Positions 18,860 through 30,318 of a stretch of 64,000 bases of DNA are shown here, piece after piece. Numbering within the stretch: position 1 is the stretch's first letter; each line of letters opens with the position of its first letter. The translations under genes were made by a program, and so were the position numbers. The notes beneath the pieces are model-generated. The model was given only the letters and a program-made list of their open reading frames with translations. It did no database searches and was not told the DNA's origin. Origin of the DNA: Terriglobia bacterium (GTDB taxonomy: Bacteria; Acidobacteriota; Terriglobia; 20CM-2-55-15); assembly GCA_965218585.1 (NCBI GenBank), contig CBDCLE010000023.1:1-64000 (forward strand), in the 5' to 3' direction.

Positions 18860-19786
18860 TTACTTAATGTGAGGCAACACGTCCTTGGCAAACCATTCGA
18901 TCTTCTCTCGACGCTCCGGCCAACGGCCTTTCATGAACTGAAGCGCGATGTGCTTCACGCCGATGTCCTTGAACTTGTTGATCGACTCGATCAACTGTTC
19001 GGGCGTACCCTCGAAGACATCATCCTGCTGGTCTACCGGATCCTTGGTAATCTCAACCGGACGGCAGCAGCAAAGGTCAACCTGACCCTCCCTGCCGAGC
19101 TCGGCAGCGGCTTTCTGAACCCTGCTGTACTTGGCAGCCAGATCCTCGGCCGAGATCTTCACGTGGTAAGAGAACCATGCATCACCATACTTGGCCGCGC
19201 GGTTGACCGCAGCTTCACTCTCTCCACCCGTCCAGATCGGGAAACGGGGATCCTGAACCGGTCTGGGACTGACCGACAGCGGTTCGAAATCGTAATGTTT
19301 TCCGTGGTAACTCGGCTTGTCCGATTTCCAGAGGGTATTGAAGATCTCGAGCTGCTCGTTACCCATCGCGCCCCTCTTTTTGAAAGGCACACCCAGGGCG
19401 TTGAATTCCTCGATCATCCAGCCGATTCCGGCTCCAAGGATGAGCCGACCGTTTGAAAGCGTATCGATGGATGTCGCGACGCGGGCCGTATAGAGCGGAT
19501 GGCGAAACGGCAAAACGGCTACGCTGATACCCAGTTTGACCTTCTTGGTCACTCCGGACAGGAAAGCCAGGCAGGTCAGCGGCTCAAGAAACGGAACGTC
19601 AGGTGGAACGAACCACTGTGAGTTGTCCTTATAGGGGTAGGCCGTTTCCATTAGCCATGGATTCACAAGGCGTTCTGCTGCCCAGACCGAATCGTAGCCT
19701 GCGTTCTCGGCCTGCTGGGCAGCGTCGGTCAAAACTTCAGGAACCGCGGCGCGGCCAGAGACTGGGAGAAAGACTCCAACTTCCAT
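18860..19786 (-). CDS. LLM-class, probably F420-dependent, oxidoreductase
   Basis: AE.AGYDSVW, EPLTCLAFL, LPFRHP, ID.LS.GRLILGAGIGW..EF, PIWTGG; cof genes nearby. Confidence 0.87.
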   Translation of the reverse strand: MEVGVFLPVSGRAAVPEVLTDAAQQAENAGYDSVWAAERLVNPWLMETAYPYKDNSQWFVPPDVPFLEPLTCLAFLSGVTKKVKLGISVAVLPFRHPLYTARVATSIDTLSNGRLILGAGIGWMIEEFNALGVPFKKRGAMGNEQLEIFNTLWKSDKPSYHGKHYDFEPLSVSPRPVQDPRFPIWTGGESEAAVNRAAKYGDAWFSYHVKISAEDLAAKYSRVQKAAAELGREGQVDLCCCRPVEITKDPVDQQDDVFEGTPEQLIESINKFKDIGVKHIALQFMKGRWPERREKIEWFAKDVLPHIK

Positions 19787-20199
19787 AAGAAATGTGCCTC
19801 CTTACTTTGATTAGGCAGAATTGTATTCTTGTTAAAACTTCGGCGAATCTTCAAACCAGTCGCGGGTCATCGCAGGAAAGAGGAGCTCTGCCGATCGCAC
19901 AGAGTAGCAGATGCACCGCATCTGGTGCAAGCTGCGGGTGGTACTGGAAAAAACGCCGCTAAAGGCGTCTCGGGTCCGGCTATTTCAAACGCGAGTCAGG
20001 GCCATAGCCAACTGCTTCCCCTGTCTCATTTTCAATCACTTCCGGCCCCATTCCGGCCCCCACTCTTGATATATACTGGGCCCTCGGATCAGCCAATGGC
20101 CCTCCTGTCCGGCCAACCTCAGAGGTTCAAGAGTCCGCTGGGTGCTCCCGGACCCGTTCCCGATAACAGCCATTGCGGATCTCCAATAGAATTAAGCAC

Positions 20200-22389
20200 A
20201 TGACCACGGGAAAACATCCAGAACCTGATCGGCCGGAGGACTGGCAGGAGCGGGCTCGGACAGAATCCAGGGGCAGGCCTCTCGAAGAACTCAACTGGGA
20301 GACCCCCGAGGGCATCCGCGTCAAGCCTCTGTACACGGCCGACGATTTGGACGAGATCTCCCACCTCGGCAACCTGCCCGGGTTCGCACCGTACGTCCGC
20401 GGCCCAAAAGCCACGATGTATGCCGGTCGGCCATGGACGGTTCGCCAGTACGCGGGTTTTTCCACAGCCGAGGAATCCAACGCGTTTTACCGGAATAACT
20501 TGGCCGCTGGTCAGACCGGTCTTTCGGTCGCATTCGACCTGGCTACACACAGGGGCTACGACTCGGATCATCCGCGTGTGGTGGGCGATGTGGGCAAGGC
20601 CGGCGTGGCTATCGATACGATCGAGGACATGAAGATCCTGTTCGACGGTATGCCCCTGGAGCAGATGTCGGTGTCGATGACGATGAACGGAGCGGTCCTG
20701 CCAATCATGGCGATGTACATCGTTGCCGCCGAGGAACAGGGCGTCAGTCCGGACCAGTTGGCGGGTACGCTCCAGAACGACATCCTGAAGGAATTCATGG
20801 TCCGAAATACCTATATCTATCCGCCCGAGCCTTCGATGCGAATAGTGGCCGACATCATTTCTTATACCGCCCGGCACATGCCCAAATTCAACTCGGTATC
20901 CATCTCCGGCTACCACATGCTGGAAGCCGGAGCCACCAGCGTGCAGGAACTGGGGTTCACGCTGGCCGACGGGATCGAATACGTGCGTGCAGCCCTCGGC
21001 AACGGATTAAAGGTCGATCAATTCGCACCCCGACTTTCGTTCTTCTTTGGTATCGGAATGAACTTCTTCATGGAAGTCGCAAAACTCCGGGCGGCAAGGT
21101 TGCTCTGGTCCTCGCTGATCGAGGAACTGTTCTCGCCCCAAGACCCCCGCTCGTTGATGCTGCGAACACATTGCCAGACATCAGGCGTCAGCCTGACGAG
21201 TCAGGACGCTTACAACAACATCGTCCGCACGACCGTGGAGGCCATGGCTGCTGCCCTGGGCGGCACCCAGTCACTCCACACAAATTCCTTCGACGAAGCC
21301 CTCGCCTTGCCCACGCCGTTCTCCGCTCACATCGCACGCAATACACAGCTTGTGCTACAAGAAGAAACTGGAATCACACGCGTGGTCGATCCGCTCGCCG
21401 GGTCCTACTACGTCGAGAGTCTGACCGCTTCGCTTGCAGCCGAAGCCCGGAAGCTCATCGATGAAGTCGAAGAACTCGGGGGTATGACCCGGGCCGTCGA
21501 ATCCGGCATGCCGAAGATGCGAATCGAGCAGGCCGCGGCGCTCAGGCAGGCTCGCATCGACCGTGGGGAAGAGGTCGTCGTCGGTGTGAACAAGTATCGG
21601 CGCGAGGACGAACCGGACATTGAAATTCTGGACATCGATAACCGAGCGGTGCGGAAGGGCCAGATTGAGCGTCTGGACAGGGTTCGGAAAGAGAGGGACG
21701 AGTCGCCATGCCAGGCTCGACTGGAGGCTTTGACAGCCGCAGCAGAAGCAGGCACCGAGAACCTGCTTGTCCTGGCCATCGATGCCGCCAGGGCACGAGC
21801 AAGCGTCGGGGAAATTTCCGATGCTGTTGAGAAGGTGTACGGACGCCACAAGGCAGTCATTCACTCGGTTAGCGGCGTCTACGGATCTGCTTACGAGGGA
21901 GACATTGGCTTTATGGAGATCCAGCGGGACATCGACGCGTTCGCACGTGAAGAAGGCCGGCGGCCCCGCATACTGATTGCCAAGCTGGGTCAAGATGGGC
22001 ATGATCGCGGCGCCAAGGTTATCGCGACGGCGTTCGCCGACATCGGGTTTGACGTCGATATCGGCCCGCTGTTCCAAACTCCGGAAGAAGCCGCAGGGCA
22101 TGCCATCGAAAACGACGTTCACGTCGTCGGCGTGTCGTCTCAAGCGGCAGGCCACAAAACGCTTGTTCCCCAGCTGTTGGATTCGCTCAAGAAGCAAGGC
22201 GCGAACGAAATCATCGTTGTGTGCGGGGGTGTCATCCCACCGCAGGACTACGACGAACTGAAGGCCGCCGGCGTAGCCGCGGTGTATGGACCGGGAACGA
22301 ACATCCCTGTGGCGGCCGGTGAAGTACTGAACCTGATTCGTGAAAGGCGGAAAGCCACACTAGCGACGCCACAACCAAAGAAGGTTTAA
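20200..22389 (+). CDS. scpA: Methylmalonyl-CoA mutase (canonical, fused B12 domain)
   Basis: [41 protein letters not shown]. Confidence 0.97.
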   Translation: MTTGKHPEPDRPEDWQERARTESRGRPLEELNWETPEGIRVKPLYTADDLDEISHLGNLPGFAPYVRGPKATMYAGRPWTVRQYAGFSTAEESNAFYRNNLAAGQTGLSVAFDLATHRGYDSDHPRVVGDVGKAGVAIDTIEDMKILFDGMPLEQMSVSMTMNGAVLPIMAMYIVAAEEQGVSPDQLAGTLQNDILKEFMVRNTYIYPPEPSMRIVADIISYTARHMPKFNSVSISGYHMLEAGATSVQELGFTLADGIEYVRAALGNGLKVDQFAPRLSFFFGIGMNFFMEVAKLRAARLLWSSLIEELFSPQDPRSLMLRTHCQTSGVSLTSQDAYNNIVRTTVEAMAAALGGTQSLHTNSFDEALALPTPFSAHIARNTQLVLQEETGITRVVDPLAGSYYVESLTASLAAEARKLIDEVEELGGMTRAVESGMPKMRIEQAAALRQARIDRGEEVVVGVNKYRREDEPDIEILDIDNRAVRKGQIERLDRVRKERDESPCQARLEALTAAAEAGTENLLVLAIDAARARASVGEISDAVEKVYGRHKAVIHSVSGVYGSAYEGDIGFMEIQRDIDAFAREEGRRPRILIAKLGQDGHDRGAKVIATAFADIGFDVDIGPLFQTPEEAAGHAIENDVHVVGVSSQAAGHKTLVPQLLDSLKKQGANEIIVVCGGVIPPQDYDELKAAGVAAVYGPGTNIPVAAGEVLNLIRERRKATLATPQPKKV

Positions 22390-22401
22390 TCGGAGACGTT
22401 C

Positions 22402-23934
22402 ATGCAAGACATCATCGAACAATTGGAACAAATGCGATCAGCCGCGAAACTCGGCGGCGGCAAAGACCGTATCCAGAAACAACATGCGAAGGGCAAACTG
22501 ACAGCGCGCGAGCGCATCGAACTGCTCCTCGACTCCGGTAGCTTCGAAGAATGGGATATGTTCGTCGAACATCGGTCGACCGACTTCGGCATGGGCGACA
22601 ACAAGATACCCGGTGACGGCGTCGTTACCGGCTACGGAACGATCAACGGCCGACTCGTCTTCGTCTTCAGCCAGGACTTCACCGTGTTCGGTGGGTCGTT
22701 GTCGGAAGCCCACGCGGAAAAAATCTGCAAGGTAATGAAGCAGGCCATGAAGGTCGGCGCTCCGCTGATCGGATTGAACGATTCCGGGGGTGCACGCATC
22801 CAGGAAGGAGTTGCCTCCCTGGGCGGCTATGCCGATGTCTTTCAGCAGAACGTCCTGGCCTCAGGTGTCGTCCCCCAGATCTCGCTGATCATGGGCCCCA
22901 GTGCCGGCGGTGCAGTCTACTCCCCAGCGATCACTGACTTTATCTTCATGGTACGAGACAGTGCTTACATGTTTGTGACCGGGCCCGACGTCGTCAAGAC
23001 TGTCACTCATGAAGAAGTCACGGCCGAGGAACTCGGCGGGGCGGTCACACACACCTCGAAATCCGGGGTGGCCGATCTGGCATTCGAAAACGACGTCGAA
23101 GCGCTGCTGATGACGCGGCGGCTCGTCAATTTCCTTCCTCCGAATAACAAAGACAAACCGCCTACCTGGCCCACATCTGATCCGATGAGCCGCGTGGAAT
23201 GGTCCCTGGACAGCCTTGTACCTGACGATCCGGCCAAGCCATACGACATGAAGGAATTGATCGTGAAGGTAGCCGACGAAGGCGATTTCTTCGAGATACA
23301 GACCGAATACGCCAAGAACATTGTTGTGGGGTTCATTCGCATGGAAGGATCGACCGTCGGCGTCATAGCCAATCAGCCCATGGTCCTGGCAGGCTGTCTG
23401 GACATCAATTCGTCGGTGAAAGGAGCGCGTTTTGTCCGTTTCTGCGACGCTTTCAACATACCCATGCTGACGCTGGTCGATGTGCCGGGATTCATGCCGG
23501 GCACCGCCCAGGAATACGGCGGCATCATCAAACAAGGGGCAAAACTACTGTATGCCTATGCGGAAGCCACGGTGCCCAAAGTTACCGTCATTACGCGCAA
23601 AGCCTACGGTGGGGCCTATGACGTCATGTCCTCGAAGCACCTGCGCGGAGACGTCAATTTTGCATGGCCGAGCGCCGAGATTGCAGTGATGGGACCGAAA
23701 GGAGCCGTAGAAATCATTTTCCGCCAGGACCTGGGAGACGAAGAGAAGATCGCGGAGCGGACCGAAGAATATCGGAAAAAGTTCGCGAATCCATTCATCG
23801 CGGGAAGCCGCGGATACATCGACGATGTCATCATGCCGAGAAATACACGCGCACGGGTTGCACGGTCCTTCGCGATGCTCAGGAACAAGTCGCTGGAGAA
23901 TCCCTGGCGTAAACATGGAAACATTCCTTTGTAG
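22402..23934 (+). CDS. pccB: Propionyl-CoA carboxylase beta (carboxyltransferase) subunit
   Basis: [33 protein letters not shown] end. Confidence 0.95.
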   Translation: MQDIIEQLEQMRSAAKLGGGKDRIQKQHAKGKLTARERIELLLDSGSFEEWDMFVEHRSTDFGMGDNKIPGDGVVTGYGTINGRLVFVFSQDFTVFGGSLSEAHAEKICKVMKQAMKVGAPLIGLNDSGGARIQEGVASLGGYADVFQQNVLASGVVPQISLIMGPSAGGAVYSPAITDFIFMVRDSAYMFVTGPDVVKTVTHEEVTAEELGGAVTHTSKSGVADLAFENDVEALLMTRRLVNFLPPNNKDKPPTWPTSDPMSRVEWSLDSLVPDDPAKPYDMKELIVKVADEGDFFEIQTEYAKNIVVGFIRMEGSTVGVIANQPMVLAGCLDINSSVKGARFVRFCDAFNIPMLTLVDVPGFMPGTAQEYGGIIKQGAKLLYAYAEATVPKVTVITRKAYGGAYDVMSSKHLRGDVNFAWPSAEIAVMGPKGAVEIIFRQDLGDEEKIAERTEEYRKKFANPFIAGSRGYIDDVIMPRNTRARVARSFAMLRNKSLENPWRKHGNIPL

Positions 23935-23963
23935 ATGAAGCAGCACGCCAAGAAAGCGATCAC

Positions 23964-25949
23964 ATGTTCGAAAAGATTCTGATAGCAAACCGGGGTGAAA
24001 TCGCCTGCCGGGTCATGAAAACCGCGAAGAAGATGGGAATCCGCACGGTGGCCGTGTATTCGGATGCCGACCGGGACGCCGTGCACCGGCGGATGGCAGA
24101 TGAAGCCGTGCGTATAGGCCCGCCGCCCGCAGCCGAGAGCTATCTGGTGGTAAACAACATTCTGGACGCGATCAGGGAAACAGGCGCCGAGGCCGTGCAT
24201 CCCGGCTACGGCTTCCTTTCTGAAAACGCAGCCTTCCGAGAGGCACTCGAGGGCGCTGGCGTCACCTTTATCGGTCCCGGCGTTGAGGCGATCAACAGCA
24301 TGGGCGACAAGATCACGTCCAAGAAGCTGGCCGCCGATGCCGGCGTCAATACGATTCCCGGATTCGGGGAGACAATCGAGAGTGGGGATCATGCCGTAAA
24401 AGTGGCGCGTGAAATTGGTTACCCCGTGATGCTGAAGGCCAGCGCGGGTGGTGGCGGAAAAGGCATGCGCGTTGTGATCAGCGACGAAGAGACACGCGAG
24501 GGTTTCGAGCGTGCGACAAACGAGGCTCAGACCAGCTTCGGCGACGGTCGTGTGTTCGCCGAGAAATTCATCGAACAGCCGCGGCACATCGAAATCCAGG
24601 TGCTCGCCGACACGCAGGGGAACACGATCTTTCTGGGCGAACGCGAGTGTTCCATTCAGCGGCGCCACCAGAAAGTGATCGAAGAGGCCCCGTCGCCTTT
24701 CCTGAACAGGTCCACACGAGAAGCAATGGGTAAACAGGCCGTGGCACTAGCCAGATCGGTGAACTACTGTTCGGCGGGAACGGTTGAATTCATCGTCGAT
24801 GCCAAGCGTGACTTCTATTTCCTCGAGATGAATACGCGCTTGCAGGTCGAACACCCTGTGACCGAACTGGTAACCGGCCTGGATCTGGTGGAGTTGATGA
24901 TTCGTATCGCTGCAGGTGAGGCACTCGACATCCGGCAAAAGGACGTGAAGCTGAAAGGCTCGGCGATCGAGAGCCGGATCTATGCGGAGGATCCGTTCCG
25001 CAATTTCATGCCGTCCACAGGCCGACTGGTGCGCTATCAGGCACCGATTGAGACAAAAGTCACCCGGATTGATACGGGAATCGAAGAAGGCAGTGAAGTT
25101 TCCATGTTTTACGACCCGATGATCGCCAAGCTCATCACCTATGGAGACGACCGGGCCCAGGCTCTCCGGCGAATGGGCGACGCGCTCGACGCCTACTATA
25201 TCCGCGGCGTGTCGCATAACATCAGCTTCCTGAACGCTCTGATCGCCCATCCCAGGTTCATTAAGGGGAAACTGAGCACGAGTTTCATCGCTGACGAATT
25301 CCCTGACGGCTTTCATGCAAACCACGTCCCTCACCACGATCCTGTCCTGCCGGTAGCTGTCGCCGGAGCCGTCCACCAGAAACATATGCTCCGTGGAGCA
25401 GAACTCTCAGGCCAGCTGCCCAGCCACGAACGCCGGGTCGGTGACAGATGGACGGTCATTGTCGACAAGAAACACTGGGCCATAACCGCAAGGCCCATTG
25501 AGGGCGGTTTCGAGATCAAGCACGGTAAGAGCACTTACAGTGTCATGACGGAATGGGAGATTGGTAATCCCTTGTTTCGGGCGGAGATCAACGGCCAACA
25601 AGTCTGCTTTCAGATTGACGACGAGGGCGCCCGATATCGGTTGTCACATCGCGGCTCACAAGTGGATGCGCTTGTCATAACGCAGAAGGCGGCGGAACTG
25701 AACCGTCATATGCTCGAAAAGCAGCCGCCAGATCTTTCGAAGTTTCTGCTGTCGCCAATGCCGGGGCTCTTGATCCAGCTCCGGGTGAAGGCGGGTGACC
25801 AGGTCAAGGCGGGCGAGGAACTGGCCGTGGTCGAAGCGATGAAAATGGAAAACAGCCTACGGTCTTCCGAAGACGTCACTATTCGGAAAACACTCGCAGC
25901 CCAAGGGGATAGCCTCGTCGTCGATCAACCGATCTTGGAATTTGAATAA
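23964..25949 (+). CDS. pccA: Propionyl-CoA carboxylase alpha (biotin carboxylase/BCCP) subunit
   Basis: KILIANRGEIA, GGGGKGM, RECSIQRR, EAMKME biotinylation site. Confidence 0.95.
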   Translation: MFEKILIANRGEIACRVMKTAKKMGIRTVAVYSDADRDAVHRRMADEAVRIGPPPAAESYLVVNNILDAIRETGAEAVHPGYGFLSENAAFREALEGAGVTFIGPGVEAINSMGDKITSKKLAADAGVNTIPGFGETIESGDHAVKVAREIGYPVMLKASAGGGGKGMRVVISDEETREGFERATNEAQTSFGDGRVFAEKFIEQPRHIEIQVLADTQGNTIFLGERECSIQRRHQKVIEEAPSPFLNRSTREAMGKQAVALARSVNYCSAGTVEFIVDAKRDFYFLEMNTRLQVEHPVTELVTGLDLVELMIRIAAGEALDIRQKDVKLKGSAIESRIYAEDPFRNFMPSTGRLVRYQAPIETKVTRIDTGIEEGSEVSMFYDPMIAKLITYGDDRAQALRRMGDALDAYYIRGVSHNISFLNALIAHPRFIKGKLSTSFIADEFPDGFHANHVPHHDPVLPVAVAGAVHQKHMLRGAELSGQLPSHERRVGDRWTVIVDKKHWAITARPIEGGFEIKHGKSTYSVMTEWEIGNPLFRAEINGQQVCFQIDDEGARYRLSHRGSQVDALVITQKAAELNRHMLEKQPPDLSKFLLSPMPGLLIQLRVKAGDQVKAGEELAVVEAMKMENSLRSSEDVTIRKTLAAQGDSLVVDQPILEFE

Positions 25950-25955
25950 CGCGGC

Positions 25956-26945
25956 ATGTCGTCACCCGATGCCAACAAGCTCGCCCAAACCGTCCTCGGC
26001 GGGGATCGCCGAGCCCTCGCCCAAGCCATTACCCTGATCGAATCTACCCGCCCTGAAGATCGTCAAGGGGCCCATGTCCTTCTGGAAATACTCGTTCCGA
26101 AAGCAGGTCAGTCGATTCGAATCGGTATTTCGGGTGCCCCGGGTGTCGGAAAATCTACCTTCATTGAAAGCCTTGGAAACTACCTGATCGGTGAAGGCCA
26201 CAAGGTTGCTGTCCTCGCAGTCGATCCCTCTTCGGCCCTCAGCGGAGGATCGATACTCGGCGACAAGACGCGGATGGAACTGTTGTCACGAAAGCCGGAA
26301 GCTTTTATCCGGCCGTCTCCCTCCGGAACGACGTTGGGAGGAGTCACGCGGCGAACCCGGGAAACGATGCTCGTCGCCGAAGCTGCTGGTTTCGACGTGT
26401 TGCTCATCGAAACCGTCGGCGTCGGACAGTCCGAAACCGCCGTCGCCCAAATGACTGATATGTTCATCCTGATGCTGTTGCCGGGAGGCGGGGATGACCT
26501 GCAGGGAATCAAGAGGGGCATCGTTGAACTGGCGGACTTGATCCTGGTCAACAAGTCCGATGGCGACATGCAGCCGGTTGCCGAACGCTCGGTCACCGAC
26601 TATCGAAACGGATTGCACTTCTTGCGTCCGCGCAGTGAGCACTGGCAAGTGCCGGTGGAGGGCTATTCGGCGATCGAGGGTTCAGCTACTCCCCGGGTGT
26701 GGGAGATTGTAGAGCAATACCAGAAGGCGCTGGTCGACGCAGGTGAGATCGAACGAAAACGTGAGGATCAGGCAAGGGCGTGGATGTGGAGCGAGGTCAC
26801 CGATGAATTGCTCGATGAGCTCAAGGACGATCCCGACGTGAAGGGAAAGATCGCCGAGCTCGAGCGGAGGGTCACAGAAGGCAGTTTGTCACCGACTGTG
26901 GCCGCACAGGAATTGATCGCCGCTTTCCTGAAGCGAGATAGCTGA
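25956..26945 (+). CDS. meaB: Mutase-associated GTPase MeaB (copy 2)
   Basis: GAPGVGKST, GGSILGDKTRM, ETVGVGQSE, NKSD. Confidence 0.94.
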   Translation: MSSPDANKLAQTVLGGDRRALAQAITLIESTRPEDRQGAHVLLEILVPKAGQSIRIGISGAPGVGKSTFIESLGNYLIGEGHKVAVLAVDPSSALSGGSILGDKTRMELLSRKPEAFIRPSPSGTTLGGVTRRTRETMLVAEAAGFDVLLIETVGVGQSETAVAQMTDMFILMLLPGGGDDLQGIKRGIVELADLILVNKSDGDMQPVAERSVTDYRNGLHFLRPRSEHWQVPVEGYSAIEGSATPRVWEIVEQYQKALVDAGEIERKREDQARAWMWSEVTDELLDELKDDPDVKGKIAELERRVTEGSLSPTVAAQELIAAFLKRDS

Positions 26946-26959
26946 CGTTTGTGAGGGTC

Positions 26960-27364
26960 ATGATTGGAAAGCTCAATCACGTGGCAATAGCCGTACCGGA
27001 TCTCGAGCAGGCGGTCGCCGTCTACAAGGGACTTCTGGGCGCGAGCGTGTCGCCCCCAGTCGAGCTTCCCGAACACGGCGTGACGACAGTCTTTGTCGAA
27101 TTGCCCAACACCAAGATCGAACTGCTGCATCCGCTGGGAGAGGACTCACCGATCGGACGGTTCCTCGAGCGCAATCCTTCGGGAGGAATGCATCACGTCT
27201 GCTATGAGGTGGAGGATATTCTCGCGGCCCGTGACAAGCTGACGGCAGCTGGTGCGAGAGTGCTCGGGGATGGAGAACCGAGTATCGGGGCTCACGGGAA
27301 ACCCGTGCTGTTTCTGCACCCTAAGGATTTCTGCGGGACGCTGATTGAGCTCGAGCAGGTCTAG
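26960..27364 (+). CDS. mce: Methylmalonyl-CoA epimerase
   Basis: LNHVAIAVPD, HHVCYEV, FLHPK...GTLIELEQ. Confidence 0.95.
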   Translation: MIGKLNHVAIAVPDLEQAVAVYKGLLGASVSPPVELPEHGVTTVFVELPNTKIELLHPLGEDSPIGRFLERNPSGGMHHVCYEVEDILAARDKLTAAGARVLGDGEPSIGAHGKPVLFLHPKDFCGTLIELEQV

Positions 27365-27451
27365 AAGCCGCCGGCTATCGAAAATCGCCTTCTCTCCCGA
27401 CGGCCTGTCCCCAAGCCGGCACACTCCAGCTGATCCCACTTTACTCACTTC

Positions 27452-27530
27452 GAAGATTTCGCTCGGTTGTTCATTCGGACATCCTGTCCGAACGACCGGC
27501 GACGCTCGCGATCATCCTGATCGCAAGCCC
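27452..27530 (-). repeat. Double-hairpin AGGAT-loop repeat, copy C
   Basis: Minus strand GGGCTTGCGATC-AGGAT-GATCGCGAGCGTCGCCGGTCGTTCGGAC-AGGAT-GTCCGAATGAACAACCGAGCGAAATCTTC; T6 follows it on the plus strand. Confidence 0.88.
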
Positions 27531-27575
27531 TTTTTTCGGACAAGATTGGACGTTGTGGGGAGAGGCTGTCAGGCA

Positions 27576-28705
27576 CTACCCAAAAACATAAACGACGCCG
27601 TCGGTCGAACCGATCACGACCCGGCCATCGGCGATCGCCGGGGACGCGGTCAAGTCGGCTCCCGTGTTGAACTCCCACAGGTTAGATCCCGTGGTGGCGT
27701 CGAGCACGTACAGTCGCCCATCACTCGACCCGACGTAGACACGGCCGCCCGCGATTGCCGGAGACGAGTCCACGCGAGCGCGTGTCTCGAAGGTCCAGGC
27801 TGCTTCGCCGGTCGCGGTGTCAATCGCATGTACGAACTTGTCCCGTCCGCCGAGAATGATCCGACCGTCTTCCAGAGCTGCGGAAGAGTAATAGGGAAAC
27901 TGTCTGTTCGGGTTGCTGTAGCGCCAGAGAACACTTCGGTCGGTGAGGTCCAGCCCCAGGACTTCGTACTCGAAGGTTCCGAAATAGGCCCGATCGCGAT
28001 CTAGCAACGGAGAGGCGGCCGTGTAGGCGCCCGCGATAATCTGGTACGCCTCTGTCCCGTCAGCGACACGGACCGCGCGGAAGATTCCATCGCACCCTGC
28101 AATAAACGCCAAACCGTCCTGGACTGCAGGCGTTGCATGCACCATGCTATCGGTCTGAAGTTTCCAACGGAGACTCCATCACCCGTGTCGAGCGCGTACA
28201 GGTGGGTGTCATAGGAACCAATTAGCACGACATCGTCTACGACGACCGGTGACGCCTTGATCTCCCCGTCCGTTTGATATGTCCACAGAGGCTGGCCGTC
28301 TTCGGTACGCACCGCGTGAACGAACCCGTCGAGATCACCGACGTAGACAGTGCCCTGGTCGATAGCGGGGGAAGATTCCACGATGAAACTCCCCGTGGAA
28401 TAGCTCCACTTGAGTTCCCCGGATTCCAGATCAAGAGCAATCAGGTCGCCGTTGCCGACGCCCACATACACAACACCGTCTGCGATCGCGGCTGATGAGT
28501 CGATGGCATCCCCTGTCTCATAACTCCAGAGCAACTCCAAACTGCTGGGTGGAACCGTAGCCGCAACACCCGTCAGAGCAGGATCGCCACGAAACTGACT
28601 CCAGTTTTTGCTTCGAGCCGGGTCGGGTGTCTGGGCGGACACAGACGCAACCACGCCCATGAGGATCAGGAGAACGGATGACTTACGAATCAAACCAGAC
28701 TTCAT
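27576..28705 (-). CDS. PQQ-like beta-propeller protein (1-nt frameshift near 28173)
   Basis: Signal peptide and WSQFRGD; regular SSPAI..G.VYVG repeats; ORFs 28001..28735 and 27576..28145 join as DTGDG(S)LRWKLQTDSMV. Confidence 0.85.
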
Positions 28706-28715
28706 TGGTCCATGG

Positions 28716-30179
28716 TTATTCGGCCGACAGCGCAAACAACTGGTTGCGGTTGTTCATGAACAATGCCCCGTGCGCTGGAACGACAGTCGAATAGACTGCA
28801 CTCCCCATGTTCATTTCAGCGAGCACATTTTCATCTCGCCCGTGTTCGAGGACGACGACGTCGCCGTCTTCGTCTCCAAGATAGACTCTACCGTCAACTA
28901 CGAAAGCCGAGCCCCAAATGGCTGCGAAGGTATCGTGAACCCAGTAGGGCTCACCTGTGGCAGCATCGAGGCAGTGCAGGTAGCCGCTGAAGTCGGCGAT
29001 ATAGACCAGGCCGTCAACAACGGCAGCCGTGGAAATGGAACGACGGATATCCTCGTAGTGCCAAATGGCGCCGCTTTCTGTAATATCCCCGCTTCGGGTC
29101 GCATCGATCGCATAGAAATGCCCGACGCCTTCTCCATGCTCCGGGTCCTGTCCGTTTCCGATGTAAACACGGTCTTCGTAGATGACAGGCGTTGAGATGA
29201 CTTCGTTGCGTGTTCGCGGCCACACCGAGTCTTTCGGGTTCGTGTCAAACTCCCACAGCTTTTCGCCTGTCTCGGCCACGTAGCCACGCACCCACCCGTC
29301 ACCCTGCGCAGAAACCACCTGGATGACGCCGTCGATCTCGCCCACCGAAGGCGTTGACCACTGCCCGTGCAGGATCCGATCTTCGACAGAGTTGTCTTCC
29401 CAGACCCACTCGCCCGTGTCTTTGTTGATAGCGACAATCGACGGAGCCAGGGGAGAAGGCACATTGACATGACTTTCATCATGACCGTTGGACGTGCTTA
29501 CAAATATCAAATCCTCCCACATGACGGGAGAGGAGTTGGACATGTTGTGCGGGTAAGCACCCACTTCTTCCAACATGTCGAATTCCCAGAGGACATCGGC
29601 ATCGAATTCCCCGGTGCGTTCCTCATCGGTGATCGCGCCATCGTTCTCTCCGTCACGGAAACCCTGAATGTCCAACGCCGTGACCACTCCGCGATTCGTC
29701 GTGTAATAGAGACGCTCGTCCACAACCAATGGTGAGGAGGCTACGCCCTGAAATGGCCAATCGTTGGCCCGTCCCGCCTCCAGCTTCGTATGCGTCTGCT
29801 GCCACAGGAACTCGCCGTCGGACTCTCGAAACGCCATCAGAACGCCACGATCTCCAGGTTGATCGGGATCGCGCAACAACTCGTTGTTCGTTCCAACGAA
29901 GACCATTCCTCCTGCAACAACGGGATTGCCATAACTCTGTGAACCCAGATCAGCCACCCACTTGACGTTACGTCCGGTTTCCACGTCCCACTCCGCCGGC
30001 AGACCGGTCATTTCCGACACCATGTTGCGGTCCGCGGTCCCGCCCCACATCGGCCAGTCTCCGGTTCCCGGCTCTCCGGGCTGCGTTCTCGCCGGAGCGC
30101 CCTCGGGGGCACACACCAATGCGATAACGAGAATGACAAAAGGCTTTGAGTTTTTCAAAAATCGCATATATCTATCCAT
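28716..30179 (-). CDS. PQQ-like beta-propeller protein
   Basis: DWPMWGGTADRNMVS, WVADLGSQSYGNP, HGQWSTP, NGQDPEHGEG. Confidence 0.88.
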   Translation of the reverse strand: MDRYMRFLKNSKPFVILVIALVCAPEGAPARTQPGEPGTGDWPMWGGTADRNMVSEMTGLPAEWDVETGRNVKWVADLGSQSYGNPVVAGGMVFVGTNNELLRDPDQPGDRGVLMAFRESDGEFLWQQTHTKLEAGRANDWPFQGVASSPLVVDERLYYTTNRGVVTALDIQGFRDGENDGAITDEERTGEFDADVLWEFDMLEEVGAYPHNMSNSSPVMWEDLIFVSTSNGHDESHVNVPSPLAPSIVAINKDTGEWVWEDNSVEDRILHGQWSTPSVGEIDGVIQVVSAQGDGWVRGYVAETGEKLWEFDTNPKDSVWPRTRNEVISTPVIYEDRVYIGNGQDPEHGEGVGHFYAIDATRSGDITESGAIWHYEDIRRSISTAAVVDGLVYIADFSGYLHCLDAATGEPYWVHDTFAAIWGSAFVVDGRVYLGDEDGDVVVLEHGRDENVLAEMNMGSAVYSTVVPAHGALFMNNRNQLFALSAE

Positions 30180-30209
30180 TACCTCTGCCTTCCGACCCTT
30201 CCCCCCAAC

Positions 30210-30292
30210 GGCTTGCAATCAGGATGATTGGGAGCGTCGCCGGGCTTCTTGCATTCAGACGTCCTGTCTGAATGCAAGATCAAGCGAAATCC
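30210..30292 (+). repeat. Double-hairpin AGGAT-loop repeat, copy E (divergent)
   Basis: GGCTTGCAATC-AGGAT-GATTGGGAGCGTCGCCGGGCTTCTTGCATTCAGAC-GTCCT-GTCTGAATGCAAGATCAAGCGAAATCCT. Confidence 0.8.
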
Positions 30293-30318
30293 TATTCTTG
30301 CGAGCCTAACTCAAGCCC

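Noticed and set aside
19790-20199. Cobalamin riboswitch upstream of scpA (also checked 5102-5428)
   Set aside because: I could not find the B12-box or GCCACTG...GGGAAG core by eye; an Rfam scan would settle it
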